From an uncultured delta proteobacterium (lineage in GTDB: Bacteria; Desulfobacterota; Binatia; Bin18): a stretch of DNA of 64,000 nucleotides. Shown one piece after another: positions 49,500 through 61,096 of this stretch. The first letter of the stretch is position 1. Every line of letters starts with the position of its first letter. Position numbers and translations under genes: made by a program. The stretch is taken from assembly GCA_963733195.1 (NCBI GenBank), contig CAVTCR010000071.1, positions 64,001 to 128,000 on the forward strand, given 5' to 3'. The notes below the pieces were generated by a model that saw only the letters and a program-made list of their open reading frames with translations, ran no database searches and was not told the origin of the DNA.

Positions 49500-50515
49500 A
49501 CTGTTCCTACTCGGGTCAATGCGACAAAGCGCTCCACAGTACGTGTCGCAGCACCGCTATCGATTGCCATTCGTGCGCGTTCAACACCAAGCGCAATGGA
49601 AGGGACAGCATCACCAGCATACAGCGCCGCACCGGCGTTGAGGAGCACGATATCCCGTTGCGGCCCACGCGCACCGGTAAATATCGATCGAATGATGTCA
49701 GCCGATTCTTGCGCGCTTTTGACCTGTAAGTCAGTAAGGGAACAACGGACGAAGCCAAACTCTTCTGGAGTCAGGGTCGCGGTGCGCACGGTGCCATTTC
49801 GCCACTCAGCCATCGCAGTCGGTGCAGTGAGCGAGATTTCGTCGAGTCCGTCTTCACCATGCACAACGAGCGCATGCACACTTCCAAGTCGTCCGAGCGC
49901 TTCGGCCAGGGGAGTCACCCACTGTTGAGAAAAAACTCCTAACAATTGGTGACGTGCTCCCGCTGGATTGGTGAGTGGTCCTAACACATTAAACATGGTC
50001 CGAATACCGATCTCGCGTCGTGGACCAACGGCATGACGCATCGCGCGATGAAATGCCGGGGCTAAGAGAAATCCGAAGCGTACTTCGTGCAGACAGTGCT
50101 CTACTTGCGCGGGAGTCAGCTCGACGTGCGCTCCGAGTGTTTCAAGCACGTCAGCGCCGCCAACTGCTCCCGACATGGCGCGGTTGCCATGCTTGGCGAC
50201 ACTGAGCCCTGCAGCAGAGGCAACAAACGCCGCCGCCGTTGAAATGTTAAAGGTATGTCGACCATCACCACCAGTTCCACACGTATCCAGTACCGCAGAC
50301 GAAGCATGGACCTTGGTGGCAAGTGCACGCATCACCCGAGCCGCCCCAGTAATCTCAGCAACGGTTTCTCCTTTTATATGAAGCGCCGTGAGAAGCGACC
50401 CGATCTGTGCCGGGGTCGCTTGCCCATCCATAATTTCAGTCATGACTGCCGCCATCTCGTCTTCTGTGAGATCACGACCGGTCACTACTTGGGCAATCGC
50501 TTCCCTTACCGTCAT
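49496..50515 (-). CDS. trpD: Anthranilate phosphoribosyltransferase
   Basis: DTCGTGGDG..TFNIST, AKHGNR, FNVLGPLTNP, DGLDEIS. Confidence 0.97.
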   Translation of the reverse strand: MTVREAIAQVVTGRDLTEDEMAAVMTEIMDGQATPAQIGSLLTALHIKGETVAEITGAARVMRALATKVHASSAVLDTCGTGGDGRHTFNISTAAAFVASAAGLSVAKHGNRAMSGAVGGADVLETLGAHVELTPAQVEHCLHEVRFGFLLAPAFHRAMRHAVGPRREIGIRTMFNVLGPLTNPAGARHQLLGVFSQQWVTPLAEALGRLGSVHALVVHGEDGLDEISLTAPTAMAEWRNGTVRTATLTPEEFGFVRCSLTDLQVKSAQESADIIRSIFTGARGPQRDIVLLNAGAALYAGDAVPSIALGVERARMAIDSGAATRTVERFVALTRVGTV

Positions 50516-50522
50516 ACGATCC

Positions 50523-51464
50523 TTACTCTGACACAAGGTACGCTTGAGAGAATCTGCCTTCGCGACGGAAGCGACCAACAGCAGCCATAGCTTCGCCTTG
50601 TTTGTTAAATTTGCCAATCCGTACACGGTAGAGCGTTTCGCCGTTCATTTGTACTTTGCTCACCAACGGACTGTAGCCTAACTCGCGCAGCTCTCGTGCC
50701 ATGTCCTGCGCTGTCTCTTGATAGTTTGTAGCACCAACCTGCACGCGCCATCCGGTTGACTGTTTTTCCGCTTTCTTCGCCATCGTCAGCCCCAGCTTCG
50801 TCTCGCTCCCCTTTCCGTCTAAGAGACGTTTTGCCTCTGGTACCAGAGCCCGAGAGCGAGCTGAAGTCTCAGCTTTTTCGACATGGGTAACCGTTATAGG
50901 CATTAGCTTTTTGTCTAAATTTTCTCCACGAGAAGCAACAACAGTCGTAGCTTTTTCTGTACGCGAGGCCACTGCTGCCGGCAATTTCGGAGTAAAGGGT
51001 TCACCTACTGGCCTCGTTCGCGACGGAATATTCTCCTCATTCACAAATGGTGACTGCACTTCCCGTTGTCCTTTCATCTCAGGAGCATTTACCGGTGCCT
51101 GTGCTAGTCGTGACTTCTCTTTCTCCGTCTGCTGAAGTACCTCTTGCCTTGTTACCAGTGGCGTAGAAGGCGTCATTTTCTCTTTTGCTACCGGCCATTC
51201 CAGAGGTACATTACTCGTAGAAGCAGTTTGCCCGGCAGTTGAGTCGCTTGTTGATGTTGCTCTGCCAGCGAGTGGGTCACTAAAGGGGGCAACTGGTGCT
51301 CGCACCACCTGGGAGGGTGTCACCACTTTCCGTCCCGCCACCTCCTTTCCGACATACATGCCGGAGACGAATATCAGGAAAGAAGCGAGCAAGGCACTAC
51401 CGATGAACAGGCCTCCTTCCACTCCACTGAAACGAAAACCATAGCGTCGTTCTGTCATTATCAT
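50523..51464 (-). CDS. SPOR-domain cell division protein (FtsN/DedD-like)
   Basis: N-terminal TM helix, low-complexity linker, WRVQVGA...LYRVRIG.F. Confidence 0.88.
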   Translation of the reverse strand: MIMTERRYGFRFSGVEGGLFIGSALLASFLIFVSGMYVGKEVAGRKVVTPSQVVRAPVAPFSDPLAGRATSTSDSTAGQTASTSNVPLEWPVAKEKMTPSTPLVTRQEVLQQTEKEKSRLAQAPVNAPEMKGQREVQSPFVNEENIPSRTRPVGEPFTPKLPAAVASRTEKATTVVASRGENLDKKLMPITVTHVEKAETSARSRALVPEAKRLLDGKGSETKLGLTMAKKAEKQSTGWRVQVGATNYQETAQDMARELRELGYSPLVSKVQMNGETLYRVRIGKFNKQGEAMAAVGRFRREGRFSQAYLVSE

Positions 51465-51497
51465 ACCCCTCCCACATCCTCTCCCTCCACAACCACA

Positions 51498-51530
51498 AAG
51501 GGGGAGGCTGATTTTTCAGCGCTCCCCCTT
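51498..51530 (-). terminator. Strong hairpin upstream of the SPOR-trp genes (possible terminator)
   Basis: AAGGGGGAG-GCTGA-TTTT-TCAGC-GCTCCCCCTT; only a short U tract follows. Confidence 0.4.
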
Positions 51531-51869
51531 CATTTAGCATGAGTTTTGCGTTTCGTCACGCTTTTTATACGGCTGAGGTAAGCATTATAAATCGGCCTAA
51601 AGTCCTCAAACGCTTGCACGGTGAGGAAGACGAGTACGTAGTCGTCGGCCTGCATGCTCCCATCCGAGCTGAATCCATCCCTCCTGGATTTCGGATTCCG
51701 CCGGAATAACGGCTCGGGGAATGCACCGGCTGGAGGGGCTAAACTGGAGTCCCTTCTTCGGAGGAATGACGGAACGCCTCGTTTCCGCTGATGTGCTGAG
51801 TACTCAGCGCTCTGGTGGGACTTGCAACGATTCGATGTTCCTACTTTTCTAACGGCTTGTGAGGATTCC

Positions 51870-52277
51870 CTACCCTGCCGTTTTCTCGCCTCCGGCCCCT
51901 TCGGTTTTCGTTCTTTGTTCTCCTCGTTCAGTGAACTCGACGAGTGAAAGCGGCGCAGCATCTCCACGTCGGGTGCCGATTTTTAGCACTCGGGTATAGC
52001 CGCCGGCTCGCCCCTGGAAACGTGGGGCGACTTCATCAAACAAGCGCTGAACGAGCTTTCGGCTGCCAAGATAGGAAAACGCCAACCGGCGGGCATGGAC
52101 GGTGTTGCGCTTTCCTAAGGTCACAATCCGATCAGCCCAGCGACGGAGTTCTTTGGCCTTGGCGTCAGTCGTGCGAATCTGTTCACGCTGTAGCAAGGCT
52201 TTCACAAGGTTACGCATGAGCGCTTTGCGGTGCGCCGCGCTTCGGTTCAGTTTTCGTCCATCTTTCAGATGTCGCAT
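51870..52277 (-). CDS. rplQ: 50S ribosomal protein L17
   Basis: MRH...[29 protein letters not shown]. Confidence 0.97.
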   Translation of the reverse strand: MRHLKDGRKLNRSAAHRKALMRNLVKALLQREQIRTTDAKAKELRRWADRIVTLGKRNTVHARRLAFSYLGSRKLVQRLFDEVAPRFQGRAGGYTRVLKIGTRRGDAAPLSLVEFTERGEQRTKTEGAGGEKTAG

Positions 52278-52309
52278 AGGTACTTCTCTCCCAGCAGGTC
52301 CTCAGTCGC

Positions 52310-53323
52310 CTACTCAGCTGTTGTCCGGAGACGTTCGAGTTCCTCCCGCGAGGGATAGTTATCAACCCGCATTCCCAGCTCCAGCCCCATTGTCTGCAAC
52401 GCCTCTTTGATTTCGTTCAGAGACTTGCGACCAAAGTTTTTTGTTTTGAGTAGATCACCCTCAGTTTTTTGCACTAACTCACCGATATAGCGGATATCCG
52501 CACTTTGCAAACAGTTCGCAGAACGAACAGAAAAGTTGAGTTCTTCAATAGGACGGAACAGATTCGCATTCTGAGGAGCAGGCGGTTCTTCATGAACCTC
52601 AATGCCACGTTCTCCTTCTTCTCGTGTGCCGACAAAAATTGCGAGCTGATCTTGTAGCACCCGTGCCGCATCAGTCACTGCTTCATCAGGGCGAATACTC
52701 CCATCTGTCCACACTTCTAAGGCTAACCGTTCGTAGTCAGTTCGTTGGCCGACTCGAGCATTCGTAACAGTAAAATTCACTTTACGCACAGGAGAGAAAG
52801 CTGCATCGAGAAGAATGGTCCCTACGGGATTTTCTTCTGTCGCTTTATAGTGTTCAGCAATGACATAGCCACGTCCGCGCCGAACTGTCGCTTCTAACTC
52901 AAGACGTGCACCTTTCCCAAGAGTCGCGATATGCACGTCGGGATTGAGGATATCGACATATGGGCCAACAGAAAGGTCACCAGCTGTCACTCTGCGCTCA
53001 CCTCGAAGATCAAGGCGTACGGTCTCAGCTTCACTGTCGCGTAGACGAAAACGGATTTCCTTGAGATTCAGCAGAATATCCGTGACATCTTCCGTAATCC
53101 CAGCAACAGTGGAAAACTCGTGCAGGACATCGCGAATTTTGACTTTGGTAATGGCTGCCCCTGAGAGAGAAGATAACAGCACGCGCCTGAGCGAGGTGCC
53201 CAGAGTAATCCCAAATCCGCGCTCAAACGGCTCACCCACAAACCGACCATACGTCGGAGTGAGGGTCTTTTCTTCAATCTCCAAGGCCTTGGGTTTAATC
53301 ATGTCGCGCCAACTGTCTTGCAT
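52310..53323 (-). CDS. rpoA: RNA polymerase alpha subunit
   Basis: [47 protein letters not shown]. Confidence 0.98.
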   Translation of the reverse strand: MQDSWRDMIKPKALEIEEKTLTPTYGRFVGEPFERGFGITLGTSLRRVLLSSLSGAAITKVKIRDVLHEFSTVAGITEDVTDILLNLKEIRFRLRDSEAETVRLDLRGERRVTAGDLSVGPYVDILNPDVHIATLGKGARLELEATVRRGRGYVIAEHYKATEENPVGTILLDAAFSPVRKVNFTVTNARVGQRTDYERLALEVWTDGSIRPDEAVTDAARVLQDQLAIFVGTREEGERGIEVHEEPPAPQNANLFRPIEELNFSVRSANCLQSADIRYIGELVQKTEGDLLKTKNFGRKSLNEIKEALQTMGLELGMRVDNYPSREELERLRTTAE

Positions 53324-53376
53324 GCTGCTCCTCTTCCCGGTACTCGCTCGTCATCACGAAGAGTACCGCACCAGCG

Positions 53377-54009
53377 TTACACTTTAGAATACAACTCAAC
53401 AATGAGCTGTTCGTTGACCGGCAGATTTAGTTGTGCGCGAGTTGGCAGTGCACGAACTCGACCGGTAAACGTATCCTTGTTTATCTCCAGCCACTCAGGT
53501 ACTCCTCGGCGCTGGGTAAGGTCCACAGATTCCTGAATGCGAGAAATCTTCCGACTTGCTTCTTTGACTTGGACTTCGTCTCCTGAATCAACGAGGTAAG
53601 AAGGGATGGTCACACGCCGTTGGTTCACCAGGAAGTGCCCATGTCGAACTAACTGCCGTGCTTCTGCTCGCGAGGTAGCAAACCCCATCCGGTACACCAT
53701 ATTATCGAGCCGTCGTTCGAGAAAGGTGACTAAGTTTTCGCCAGTAATCCCTTTCTGCCGCTCAGCGAGACCAAAGAAACGGCGGAACGGCATTTCAAGC
53801 ATGCCATAGATCCGGCGCAGCTTCTGCTTTTCACGCAACTGTACACTATACTCAGTCGCCTTTTTCCCACGTCCTTGTCCATGTTGTCCAGGTGGATAGC
53901 TCCTCCTCTCAATCGCACACTTGTCGGTGTAACACCGCTCCCCTTTGAGAAAGAGCTTGATCCCTTCACGCCGGCACAGCCGGCATACCGGACCGATATG
54001 TCGAGCCAC
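53377..54009 (-). CDS. rpsD: 30S ribosomal protein S4
   Basis: [36 protein letters not shown]. Confidence 0.98.
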   Translation of the reverse strand: MARHIGPVCRLCRREGIKLFLKGERCYTDKCAIERRSYPPGQHGQGRGKKATEYSVQLREKQKLRRIYGMLEMPFRRFFGLAERQKGITGENLVTFLERRLDNMVYRMGFATSRAEARQLVRHGHFLVNQRRVTIPSYLVDSGDEVQVKEASRKISRIQESVDLTQRRGVPEWLEINKDTFTGRVRALPTRAQLNLPVNEQLIVELYSKV

Positions 54010-54083
54010 AAAAACCTCCTGATTCTTCCGTTACCCGTGCAAGTTACGTGTCTCCAAAATAAGTGGTGACACTGTCGTGCCGG

Positions 54084-54491
54084 TCACACTCTCCGGCGCT
54101 TCGGCGGACGGCAGCCATTATGCGGAATCGGCGTCACATCACGAATGACGTTGATTGCAAATCCCGCAGCTTGGAGCGATCGAAGAGCTGATTCTCGCCC
54201 TGCACCCGGCCCTTTGACATGGACTTGAACACTGCGCATTCCCGCGTCAGCGGCTTTGCGAGCTGCACTCTCTGCAGCAACCTGGGCGGCAAAGGGCGTA
54301 CCCTTCCGGGATCCTTTGAAGCCGACTGTTCCGGCACTCGCCCACGCCACCACATTGCCTTGCGGGTCGGTAATGCTAACAATCGTATTATTAAACGTCG
54401 AATGGATGCACACCACCCCTTCGGGAACCGCTTTGCGGGTTTTCTTTTTCCGTGGTGCTGCTGAACGTTCTGCTGCAGCCGCTTTCGCCAT
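54084..54491 (-). CDS. rpsK: 30S ribosomal protein S11
   Basis: [38 protein letters not shown]. Confidence 0.98.
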   Translation of the reverse strand: MAKAAAAERSAAPRKKKTRKAVPEGVVCIHSTFNNTIVSITDPQGNVVAWASAGTVGFKGSRKGTPFAAQVAAESAARKAADAGMRSVQVHVKGPGAGRESALRSLQAAGFAINVIRDVTPIPHNGCRPPKRRRV

Positions 54492-54520
54492 GAACAGTCT
54501 CCTCTATACGCCGTGAACAG

Positions 54521-54901
54521 TTATTTCGTTGGGGCCTGTTTTCTACCCGCAACAGTACGCCGTGGCCCTTTGCGCGTGCGCGAGTTTGTTCGCGTTCGCT
54601 GTCCTCGTACTGGTAGATTTTTCCGGTGACGGAGTCCACGATACGATCCAATATCAAGATGTCGTTTAATCGAACCTGTCACATCGCGTCGCAAGTCACC
54701 TTCCACCCGATAGCTTTGGTCAATGACACGGCGAATATTGACCACTTCTTCATCCGTTAGGTCGTCCGTTTTTTTGCCTAGGGGAACCCCGGCTTGCGAT
54801 AAGATCTGCCCTGCTATGGCTCTGCCAATGCCGTAAATGTAGGTCAGGGCAATTTCTGATCTCTTATTCCGAGGCAATTCAATACCAGCAATACGTGCCA
54901 T
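54521..54901 (-). CDS. rpsM: 30S ribosomal protein S13
   Basis: [32 protein letters not shown]. Confidence 0.98.
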   Translation of the reverse strand: MARIAGIELPRNKRSEIALTYIYGIGRAIAGQILSQAGVPLGKKTDDLTDEEVVNIRRVIDQSYRVEGDLRRDVTGSIKRHLDIGSYRGLRHRKNLPVRGQRTRTNSRTRKGPRRTVAGRKQAPTK

Positions 54902-54938
54902 ACAGATCCTCCGCTACGTCTTTCGCTCTTGTCTTCCC

Positions 54939-55052
54939 CTATCCCTGCCGTTGTTTATGGCGCGGGTTCTCGCAAATGACGCGAATCACACCAGCCCGAC
55001 GGATGATTTTACATTTTCGACAGATTTGTTTCACAGAAGCTCGTACTTTCAT
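54939..55052 (-). CDS. rpmJ: 50S ribosomal protein L36 (37 aa)
   Basis: Manual translation [37 protein letters not shown]. Confidence 0.97.
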   Translation of the reverse strand: MKVRASVKQICRKCKIIRRAGVIRVICENPRHKQRQG

Positions 55053-55079
55053 ACACACTTCCCTCTCTCATGTCGCTCT

Positions 55080-55847
55080 TTACAAACGACTGAGTACCTG
55101 AGGCCCTTTCTCTGTGATCGCCACTGAGTGTTCAAAATGAGCAGAGAGACTTCCATCTTTCGTGACTGCGGTCCAGCCATCACTTTTCAACATGACATCA
55201 GCATGACCAGCATTCACCATTGGCTCTATAGCGATGACCATTCCTTCGCGTAATCGTACTCCCCGGTCTCGCGTACCATAGTTCGGAACTGCCGGGTCCT
55301 CATGCAAGCGCCGTCCAACACCATGGCCGACAAATTCACGCACGATAGAAAATCCGTTTCTTTCAACGCGTTCCTGGATGGCCGCGGCAATATTACCTAA
55401 CCGGGTCCCTACCTGTGCCTGAGCAATTCCTTCGTCCAATGCCGCCGCTGTCGTTTCAATCAGTCGCTGCGCTGCCTCTTCCACACGGCCGAGTGCAAAG
55501 GTTACCGCCGCATCTCCATAGAAATCACGGTAGATCACACCAAAATCGAGGCTTACCACGTCCCCTTCCTTTAACACTCTTTGGGAAGAGGGGATGCCAT
55601 GGACGACCTCGTCGTTAAGCGAGATACAAATTGTCGCCGGAAACGGCACAGTCCCATTGCGCATCTGGTAGCCTTTGAAAGCAGAACGAGCACCATTCTT
55701 CTTGATCAGGTCAGTAGCAATCCGATCAATCTCTCCAGTCGAAATTCCCGGACGAACAACTTCACGCAATTCCGCTAGGATCTCGCTGACGATGCGGTTT
55801 GCTGTGCGCATAATCTCGATTTCCTGTGGAGATTTGAGAAAGATCAT
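55080..55847 (-). CDS. map: Methionine aminopeptidase
   Basis: CIS.N.EVVHGIP, GHGVG..LHEDP, AIEPM, SAHFEHS. Confidence 0.97.
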   Translation of the reverse strand: MIFLKSPQEIEIMRTANRIVSEILAELREVVRPGISTGEIDRIATDLIKKNGARSAFKGYQMRNGTVPFPATICISLNDEVVHGIPSSQRVLKEGDVVSLDFGVIYRDFYGDAAVTFALGRVEEAAQRLIETTAAALDEGIAQAQVGTRLGNIAAAIQERVERNGFSIVREFVGHGVGRRLHEDPAVPNYGTRDRGVRLREGMVIAIEPMVNAGHADVMLKSDGWTAVTKDGSLSAHFEHSVAITEKGPQVLSRL

Positions 55848-56509
55848 GAGGCAGCTGAGGACTGGAGGGTTTTCAGCATCTGCGTAATTCGTTCCGATAC
55901 TTCTTCAAGTTTTCCAGTTCCATCGATATCGTGTAATAGCGAACGATCACGATAATACGAAAGCAACGGAGCTGTCGAACGTTCGTAGACTTCGAGTCGG
56001 GCATTAATCGTCTCCGACTTATCATCACTTCGCTGATACAACTCCCCCTGACATGAGTCACAGACTCCTGTTTTCTTTGGCGGATTGAACAATTCGTGAT
56101 ACATCGCTTGACATGACCGACACACCCATCGCCCACCGAGGCGAGCAACTAGCTCTTGTCTGGGAACAACGATACTGACCACGGCATTAAGACGGCGCTG
56201 ATGCCGGGCGAGTTCTTTGCTCAATGCCTCAGCCTGAGCGATGGTTCGCGGAAATCCATCAAGCAAAAACCCCGGGGTGCAATCAGGCTTTTGGATACGC
56301 TCCGCCACGAGGTCTGTCACGAGTTGATCAGGGACAAGTTCTCCCCTATCCATGAATGCTTGTGCTTGTTTCCCTAAGGCTGTTCCTGCACGGGCAGCTT
56401 CACGGAGAAGGTCACCAGTAGAAATCTGTGGAATCCCGAACACTCCTTGTAGCTCTCGAGCCTGAGTTCCTTTTCCTGCCCCAGGTGGACCGAGGAGCAC
56501 GATACGCAT
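55844..56509 (-). CDS. adk: Adenylate kinase
   Basis: GPPGAGKGTQA, ISTGDLLR, LDGFPRT, zinc lid CxxC..CxxC. Confidence 0.97.
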   Translation of the reverse strand: MRIVLLGPPGAGKGTQARELQGVFGIPQISTGDLLREAARAGTALGKQAQAFMDRGELVPDQLVTDLVAERIQKPDCTPGFLLDGFPRTIAQAEALSKELARHQRRLNAVVSIVVPRQELVARLGGRWVCRSCQAMYHELFNPPKKTGVCDSCQGELYQRSDDKSETINARLEVYERSTAPLLSYYRDRSLLHDIDGTGKLEEVSERITQMLKTLQSSAAS

Positions 56510-57837
56510 CAGCTTATCCTCCCACTCGTCCGGCCACGTAAACGCCCACGCTTCATGAACCCTTCGTAGTTGCGCATAATAATCTGCGTCTCAATCTGCG
56601 CAACCGTATCGAGAGCAACTCCGACAACAATGAGTAAAGCCGTTCCGCCAAAATAGAAAGGCACATTCAGCGAACCGATGAGAAGGGTCGGGAGAACACA
56701 AACAAGGGAGATATAAATTGCTCCACTCAGCGTAATACGGCTGAGGATACGGTCCATATATTCAGCTGTGCGTTGTCCAGGACGAATGCCCGGAATGAAG
56801 CCGCCATTCTTCTTCATATTGTCGGCAACATCGACAGGGTTAAATACCACTGCGGTATAAAAATAACAAAAGAAAATTATCAGCACGACGTAGAAGAACT
56901 CGTACATCAAATTTCCTGGGGTCAACGCATCGCCGAGAGACTTCATCCACGGATTATCCGCAAATCCAGCAATCGTGGCAGGAAAAACCAATACTGACGA
57001 AGCAAAAATCGGAGGGATAACACCAGCGGTGTTAATCTTGAGCGGGAGATGGGAAGTCTGGCCTCCATACACTCGGCGCCCAACTACGCGTTTTGCATAC
57101 TGCACCGGAATACGTCGGTGCCCCCGCTCCATCACAATCACTGCTGCGATAACAACAACCATCAACACGAGGATAAGGAGAACAGCAAAAATACTTAACT
57201 CTCCTTCTCGCACAAACTCCATAGTCGACGTAATCGCAGAGGGAATACTCGCAACAATACCAGCAAATATAATGAGGGAGATACCATTCCCTATTCCACG
57301 CTCGGTGATTTGTTCGCCGAGCCACATAATGAACGCGGTTCCAGCAGAAAGAGTAATCACAGTCATTAAACGGAACTTCCATCCTGGCTCAAATACGACT
57401 GATCCTCCACTGGGTGTTTGAATCTGCTCCAACCCCATGCTGATGAAAAGCCCCTGTAAGAGCGCTAATGCAATAGTGCCGTATCGAGTATATTGGGTAA
57501 TTTTTCTCCGCCCTAACTCTCCCTCTTTAGAAAGTCGCTCCAGAGGCGGAAGTACGACCGTTAACAACTGCAAGATGATAGAAGCACTAATGTAGGGCAT
57601 AATGCCCAATGCAAAGATAGAAAACCGCTCGAGTGCTCCCCCCGAAAAAAGATTGACAAGTCCGAAGACGGTATTTCGCGCTTGTTCAAAAAAAACAGCT
57701 AAGGCTTGCCCATCAATTCCTGGGGTTGGAATCGCTACACCGACACGGTAGATGGCAAGCATCGCAAACGTAAAGAAGATACGCTTGCGGAGTTCAGCTA
57801 TCTTGGTCGCGTTCTGGAAACCTTCGATCATGGTCAA
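56509..57837 (-). CDS. secY: Preprotein translocase SecY
   Basis: [44 protein letters not shown]. Confidence 0.98.
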   Translation of the reverse strand: MTMIEGFQNATKIAELRKRIFFTFAMLAIYRVGVAIPTPGIDGQALAVFFEQARNTVFGLVNLFSGGALERFSIFALGIMPYISASIILQLLTVVLPPLERLSKEGELGRRKITQYTRYGTIALALLQGLFISMGLEQIQTPSGGSVVFEPGWKFRLMTVITLSAGTAFIMWLGEQITERGIGNGISLIIFAGIVASIPSAITSTMEFVREGELSIFAVLLILVLMVVVIAAVIVMERGHRRIPVQYAKRVVGRRVYGGQTSHLPLKINTAGVIPPIFASSVLVFPATIAGFADNPWMKSLGDALTPGNLMYEFFYVVLIIFFCYFYTAVVFNPVDVADNMKKNGGFIPGIRPGQRTAEYMDRILSRITLSGAIYISLVCVLPTLLIGSLNVPFYFGGTALLIVVGVALDTVAQIETQIIMRNYEGFMKRGRLRGRTSGRIS

Positions 57838-58274
57838 ACGACCTCGATGGTCCCCCCTGATGCAGCGATCTTTTCCTGCGCCTGTTTACTAAAAGCCTGA
57901 GCCTTCACTGTAAGTGCTTTAGTAAGGGTACCATCAGCCAGGATTTTAATCTTTTTCTTGGCGTTTTTCACTAAGCCCACTTTGATGAGCGTATCCGAAT
58001 CGACAATCGATCCTGCGTCAAACCGTTCCAGGCTGCCGATGTTCACGATACTAAATTCTTCACGGAACAGGTTATGAAACCCGTACTTCGGTAATCGTCG
58101 GGATAGCGGCATTTGCCCACCTTCGTATCCTGGAGGAGTATTACCACCAGAGCGAGAACCACGTCCCTTGTGCCCTTTACCGGAAGTTTTTCCATGTCCA
58201 GACCCAGGGCCTCGACCTATACGCTTGCTTTTTTTCGTCGCTCCAGCGGCCGGGCGCAAATGACTAAGATCCAT
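57834..58274 (-). CDS. rplO: 50S ribosomal protein L15
   Basis: GRGPGSG.GKT.G.GHKG, EGGQMPL.RRLPK.GF. Confidence 0.97.
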   Translation of the reverse strand: MDLSHLRPAAGATKKSKRIGRGPGSGHGKTSGKGHKGRGSRSGGNTPPGYEGGQMPLSRRLPKYGFHNLFREEFSIVNIGSLERFDAGSIVDSDTLIKVGLVKNAKKKIKILADGTLTKALTVKAQAFSKQAQEKIAASGGTIEVV

Positions 58275-58467
58275 GTTCTTTTACCTCGATGAGATGCCCT
58301 ACAGTGCGCAACATCCCTTGAACCGACGGCGAATCATGACGAAGGGTCGTTTTTTCTCTATGCGTGAGCCCAAGTCCGCGCAAGGTTTCACGCTGTCGGC
58401 GGGTGCATCCAATCCCACTTCGTTTGAGTGTAATCTGTAGGACTTTTCCCTTCGATTGTTCAGCCAT
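58264..58467 (-). CDS. rpmD: 50S ribosomal protein L30
   Basis: ITLKRSGIG....Q..TLRGLGL, GML..V.HLI. Confidence 0.93.
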   Translation of the reverse strand: MAEQSKGKVLQITLKRSGIGCTRRQRETLRGLGLTHREKTTLRHDSPSVQGMLRTVGHLIEVKEHGS

Positions 58468-58481
58468 AACTATACTCACTC

Positions 58482-58991
58482 TTAACGAATTTCGGCTATG
58501 CTTTTTCCTCTTCGCTCCGCGACTTGCGTAGGAATAGAGAGGCTACGCAACGCTTCGAGGGTAGCACGAACTGAATTATGCGGATTCGTCGAGCCGAGAC
58601 ATTTTGTCAGGGCATCTTTGACTCCGGCGAGTTCCATCACCGCGCGTACGCCTCCACCGGCAATGAGCCCCGTCCCTTGCGAGGCAGGCTTCAGAAAGAC
58701 TCGGCCAGCGCCATACTTTCCTATCACTTCATGTGGGATTGTCCCTTCAGCCAGTGGCACTTGGATAAGGGACTTTTTCGCCTGTTCAATTCCTTTGCGG
58801 ATGGCCTCGGGAACTTCGTGCGCTTTCCCGAGACCATATCCAACATGTCCAGATCCATCCCCCGCGACGACAACAGCACTGAAACTGAAACGTCGTCCAC
58901 CTTTCACCACTTTGCTCACGCGGCTGATATGGACAACTTTCTCTTTGATCTCGAGCCCGTCAGAACTAATACGCTCTATAATTTCCGCCAA
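58482..58991 (-). CDS. rpsE: 30S ribosomal protein S5
   Basis: [32 protein letters not shown]. Confidence 0.97.
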   Translation of the reverse strand: MAEIIERISSDGLEIKEKVVHISRVSKVVKGGRRFSFSAVVVAGDGSGHVGYGLGKAHEVPEAIRKGIEQAKKSLIQVPLAEGTIPHEVIGKYGAGRVFLKPASQGTGLIAGGGVRAVMELAGVKDALTKCLGSTNPHNSVRATLEALRSLSIPTQVAERRGKSIAEIR

Positions 58992-59001
58992 TTTCTACTC
59001 C

Positions 59002-59370
59002 TTAAAATTGTAACCCAGCTTCGCGTGCGGCTTCGGCTACCGCACGGATGCGCCCATGATACAGAAAGCCATTGCGATCGAAAATGACCTGGGCAATTCC
59101 TTTTTCTTGGCACTTGCGCGCGATAAGGGAGCCGACTTCTTTCGCGGCGTCAATATTTGCTGTCTTCTTGAGAGTCGATCGCAGCTCTGAGGAAAGTGTC
59201 GAAACTGCCGTTAATGTTGCCCCACTCTCATCGGAAATAACTTGTGCATACATATGCCGCCCACTGCGATAGATGCACAGTCGGGGCCGCGCGTTCGTAC
59301 CATGGGTCTGTCGGCGGACTCGCCCTTGCCGTAGGGTGCGAGCACGTTCTCGAGGATTAGTGCGTGCCAT
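59002..59370 (-). CDS. rplR: 50S ribosomal protein L18
   Basis: [31 protein letters not shown]. Confidence 0.97.
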   Translation of the reverse strand: MARTNPRERARTLRQGRVRRQTHGTNARPRLCIYRSGRHMYAQVISDESGATLTAVSTLSSELRSTLKKTANIDAAKEVGSLIARKCQEKGIAQVIFDRNGFLYHGRIRAVAEAAREAGLQF

Positions 59371-59378
59371 AGTCTACT

Positions 59379-59924
59379 TTACTTCGCTCCGGCGGTTTTG
59401 CCGGCCTTTCTTCGAATTGTTTCCTCAGCGTACTTAATGCCCTTCGCCTTATAAGGATCAGGCGGACGGAGGCGACGGATCGCAACCGCTACTTCGCCGA
59501 TCAGTTGTTTATCTATTCCCTCAAGCGTGATAACGGTTTGGCGATCAATCTTCGCCTGAATTCCATCTGGAAGTTGAAACATGATCGGGTGAGAATATCC
59601 TAGGCTAAATTGTACTGCCGCTTTTCCGACAGCCTCAGCTCGATACCCCACTCCACTAATCTCCAGGGTGCGAGTGAATCCTTTACTTACTCCCTCGACC
59701 ATATTGGCAATGAGTTTACGTGTCATGCCGTGAATGGCTTTTGCGCGACGTGATTCTTCTGCGCGCGACACAACGATTCCGCCATCCTTCATTTGCACAG
59801 TCACACAAGGATCGACCGCTACCTCGAGCTGGCCTTTTGCTCCTTGCGCGGCAACTTTTCCGTCTTGAACGGAAATCTTTACTTTATCTGGTACCGGCAC
59901 TGGCCAGCGTCCAATACCTGCCAT
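59379..59924 (-). CDS. rplF: 50S ribosomal protein L6
   Basis: GVGYRA, LGYSHP, RPPDPYKAKGIKY. Confidence 0.97.
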   Translation of the reverse strand: MAGIGRWPVPVPDKVKISVQDGKVAAQGAKGQLEVAVDPCVTVQMKDGGIVVSRAEESRRAKAIHGMTRKLIANMVEGVSKGFTRTLEISGVGYRAEAVGKAAVQFSLGYSHPIMFQLPDGIQAKIDRQTVITLEGIDKQLIGEVAVAIRRLRPPDPYKAKGIKYAEETIRRKAGKTAGAK

Positions 59925-59951
59925 GTCCGCGTTTCTCCTCTCGGCCGAGTA

Positions 59952-60347
59952 TTACCACAGGCTACAAAGAATCTCGCCACCGACGCGTTGTTTTCGCGCT
60001 TCTCGGTCAGCCATAATGCCCCGAGAAGTCGAAAGGATATTCACTCCAAGTCCATTTTGTACTAGCGGAATATCACTTGTGCCTGCATAGGTGCGTAAAC
60101 TTGGTTTGCTCACACGCTTTACACCGCGTAGCACCGGTTGCCCAGCTGAGTCATATTTGAGCCATACGCGCAGCAGCGGGCGTCCTTTTTCTTCAATTTT
60201 CGCGTATTCTTTCAGAAATCCTTCTTCAATGACAACTTTAATGACGGACTCTTTGAGACGCGACCACGGTGCATCAACCCGTTCCTTGTGTGCATGTAGG
60301 CCGTTACGAATGCTGGTCAGCAAATCAGCGATGGGATCGGTTCGCAT
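59952..60347 (-). CDS. rpsH: 30S ribosomal protein S8
   Basis: DPIADLLT.IRN, RVSKPSLR.Y, STSRG, GGE..C. Confidence 0.97.
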   Translation of the reverse strand: MRTDPIADLLTSIRNGLHAHKERVDAPWSRLKESVIKVVIEEGFLKEYAKIEEKGRPLLRVWLKYDSAGQPVLRGVKRVSKPSLRTYAGTSDIPLVQNGLGVNILSTSRGIMADREARKQRVGGEILCSLW

Positions 60348-60359
60348 CCTTCATTCTCC

Positions 60360-60545
60360 TTACCAGCTCGCTTTGGTGAGGCCAGGAATCTGTCCTTTAA
60401 GAGCATAGTTGCGAAGACAGATTCGACACATGCGAAATCGACGATAGAAAGCGCGCGCTCGACCGCATAATCCACAGCGGTTATACTGTCTCACAGAAAA
60501 CTTCTGTTTGCGTTGTGCTTTAATCCGTAAAGACGTGCGTGCCAT
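60360..60545 (-). CDS. rpsN: 30S ribosomal protein S14 type Z (zinc-binding)
   Basis: [21 protein letters not shown]; 61 aa. Confidence 0.96.
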   Translation of the reverse strand: MARTSLRIKAQRKQKFSVRQYNRCGLCGRARAFYRRFRMCRICLRNYALKGQIPGLTKASW

Positions 60546-60551
60546 AACTCT

Positions 60552-61094
60552 TTAACTCCGGAAGGGCATTCCTAAGGCGCGCAGGAGTGCTCGCCCTTCA
60601 GCGTCCGTTTGTGCTGATGTCACAAAAGAACAAGTAAATCCCTTCACTTGCTCGACTTTATCGATATTGATTTCAGGGAAGATAGTATGTTCGCGGATAC
60701 CTAACGAATAGTTACCGCGACCATCAAAAGCCTTCTCTGAGACACCCTGAAAATCTCGTACACGCGGAAGGGCCACACTGACGAGACGGTCAAGAAATTC
60801 ATACATGCGATCACCGTGCAAGGTCACGGCACATCCAATCGCTACCCCTTCACGCAGTTTAAAGTTCGCGATCGACTTATGAGCCTTGGTTACTATTGGT
60901 TTCTGCCCCGTGATCTGTGTCAGGTCGCTCACACCGGTCTCAAGGATCTTCGCGTTTTGTACCGCCTCCCCAAGCCCCATATTCACCACGATTTTCAGGA
61001 GGCGTGGAATCTGCATCACGTTGGCGTACCCGAGTTCTTGCTTAAGGGCAGGAACGACTTTCTGTTTATAAAACTCTTTAAGACGTGCTGCCAT
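60552..61094 (-). CDS. rplE: 50S ribosomal protein L5
   Basis: [30 protein letters not shown]. Confidence 0.97.
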   Translation of the reverse strand: MAARLKEFYKQKVVPALKQELGYANVMQIPRLLKIVVNMGLGEAVQNAKILETGVSDLTQITGQKPIVTKAHKSIANFKLREGVAIGCAVTLHGDRMYEFLDRLVSVALPRVRDFQGVSEKAFDGRGNYSLGIREHTIFPEINIDKVEQVKGFTCSFVTSAQTDAEGRALLRALGMPFRS

Positions 61095-61096
61095 AA

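Noticed and set aside
51465-51700. trp attenuator upstream of the SPOR-trp genes
   Set aside because: I found no leader peptide with Trp codons and no T-box motif.
51600-51860. 6S RNA, SRP RNA or tRNA candidate
   Set aside because: No recognisable conserved motifs or cloverleaf by eye.
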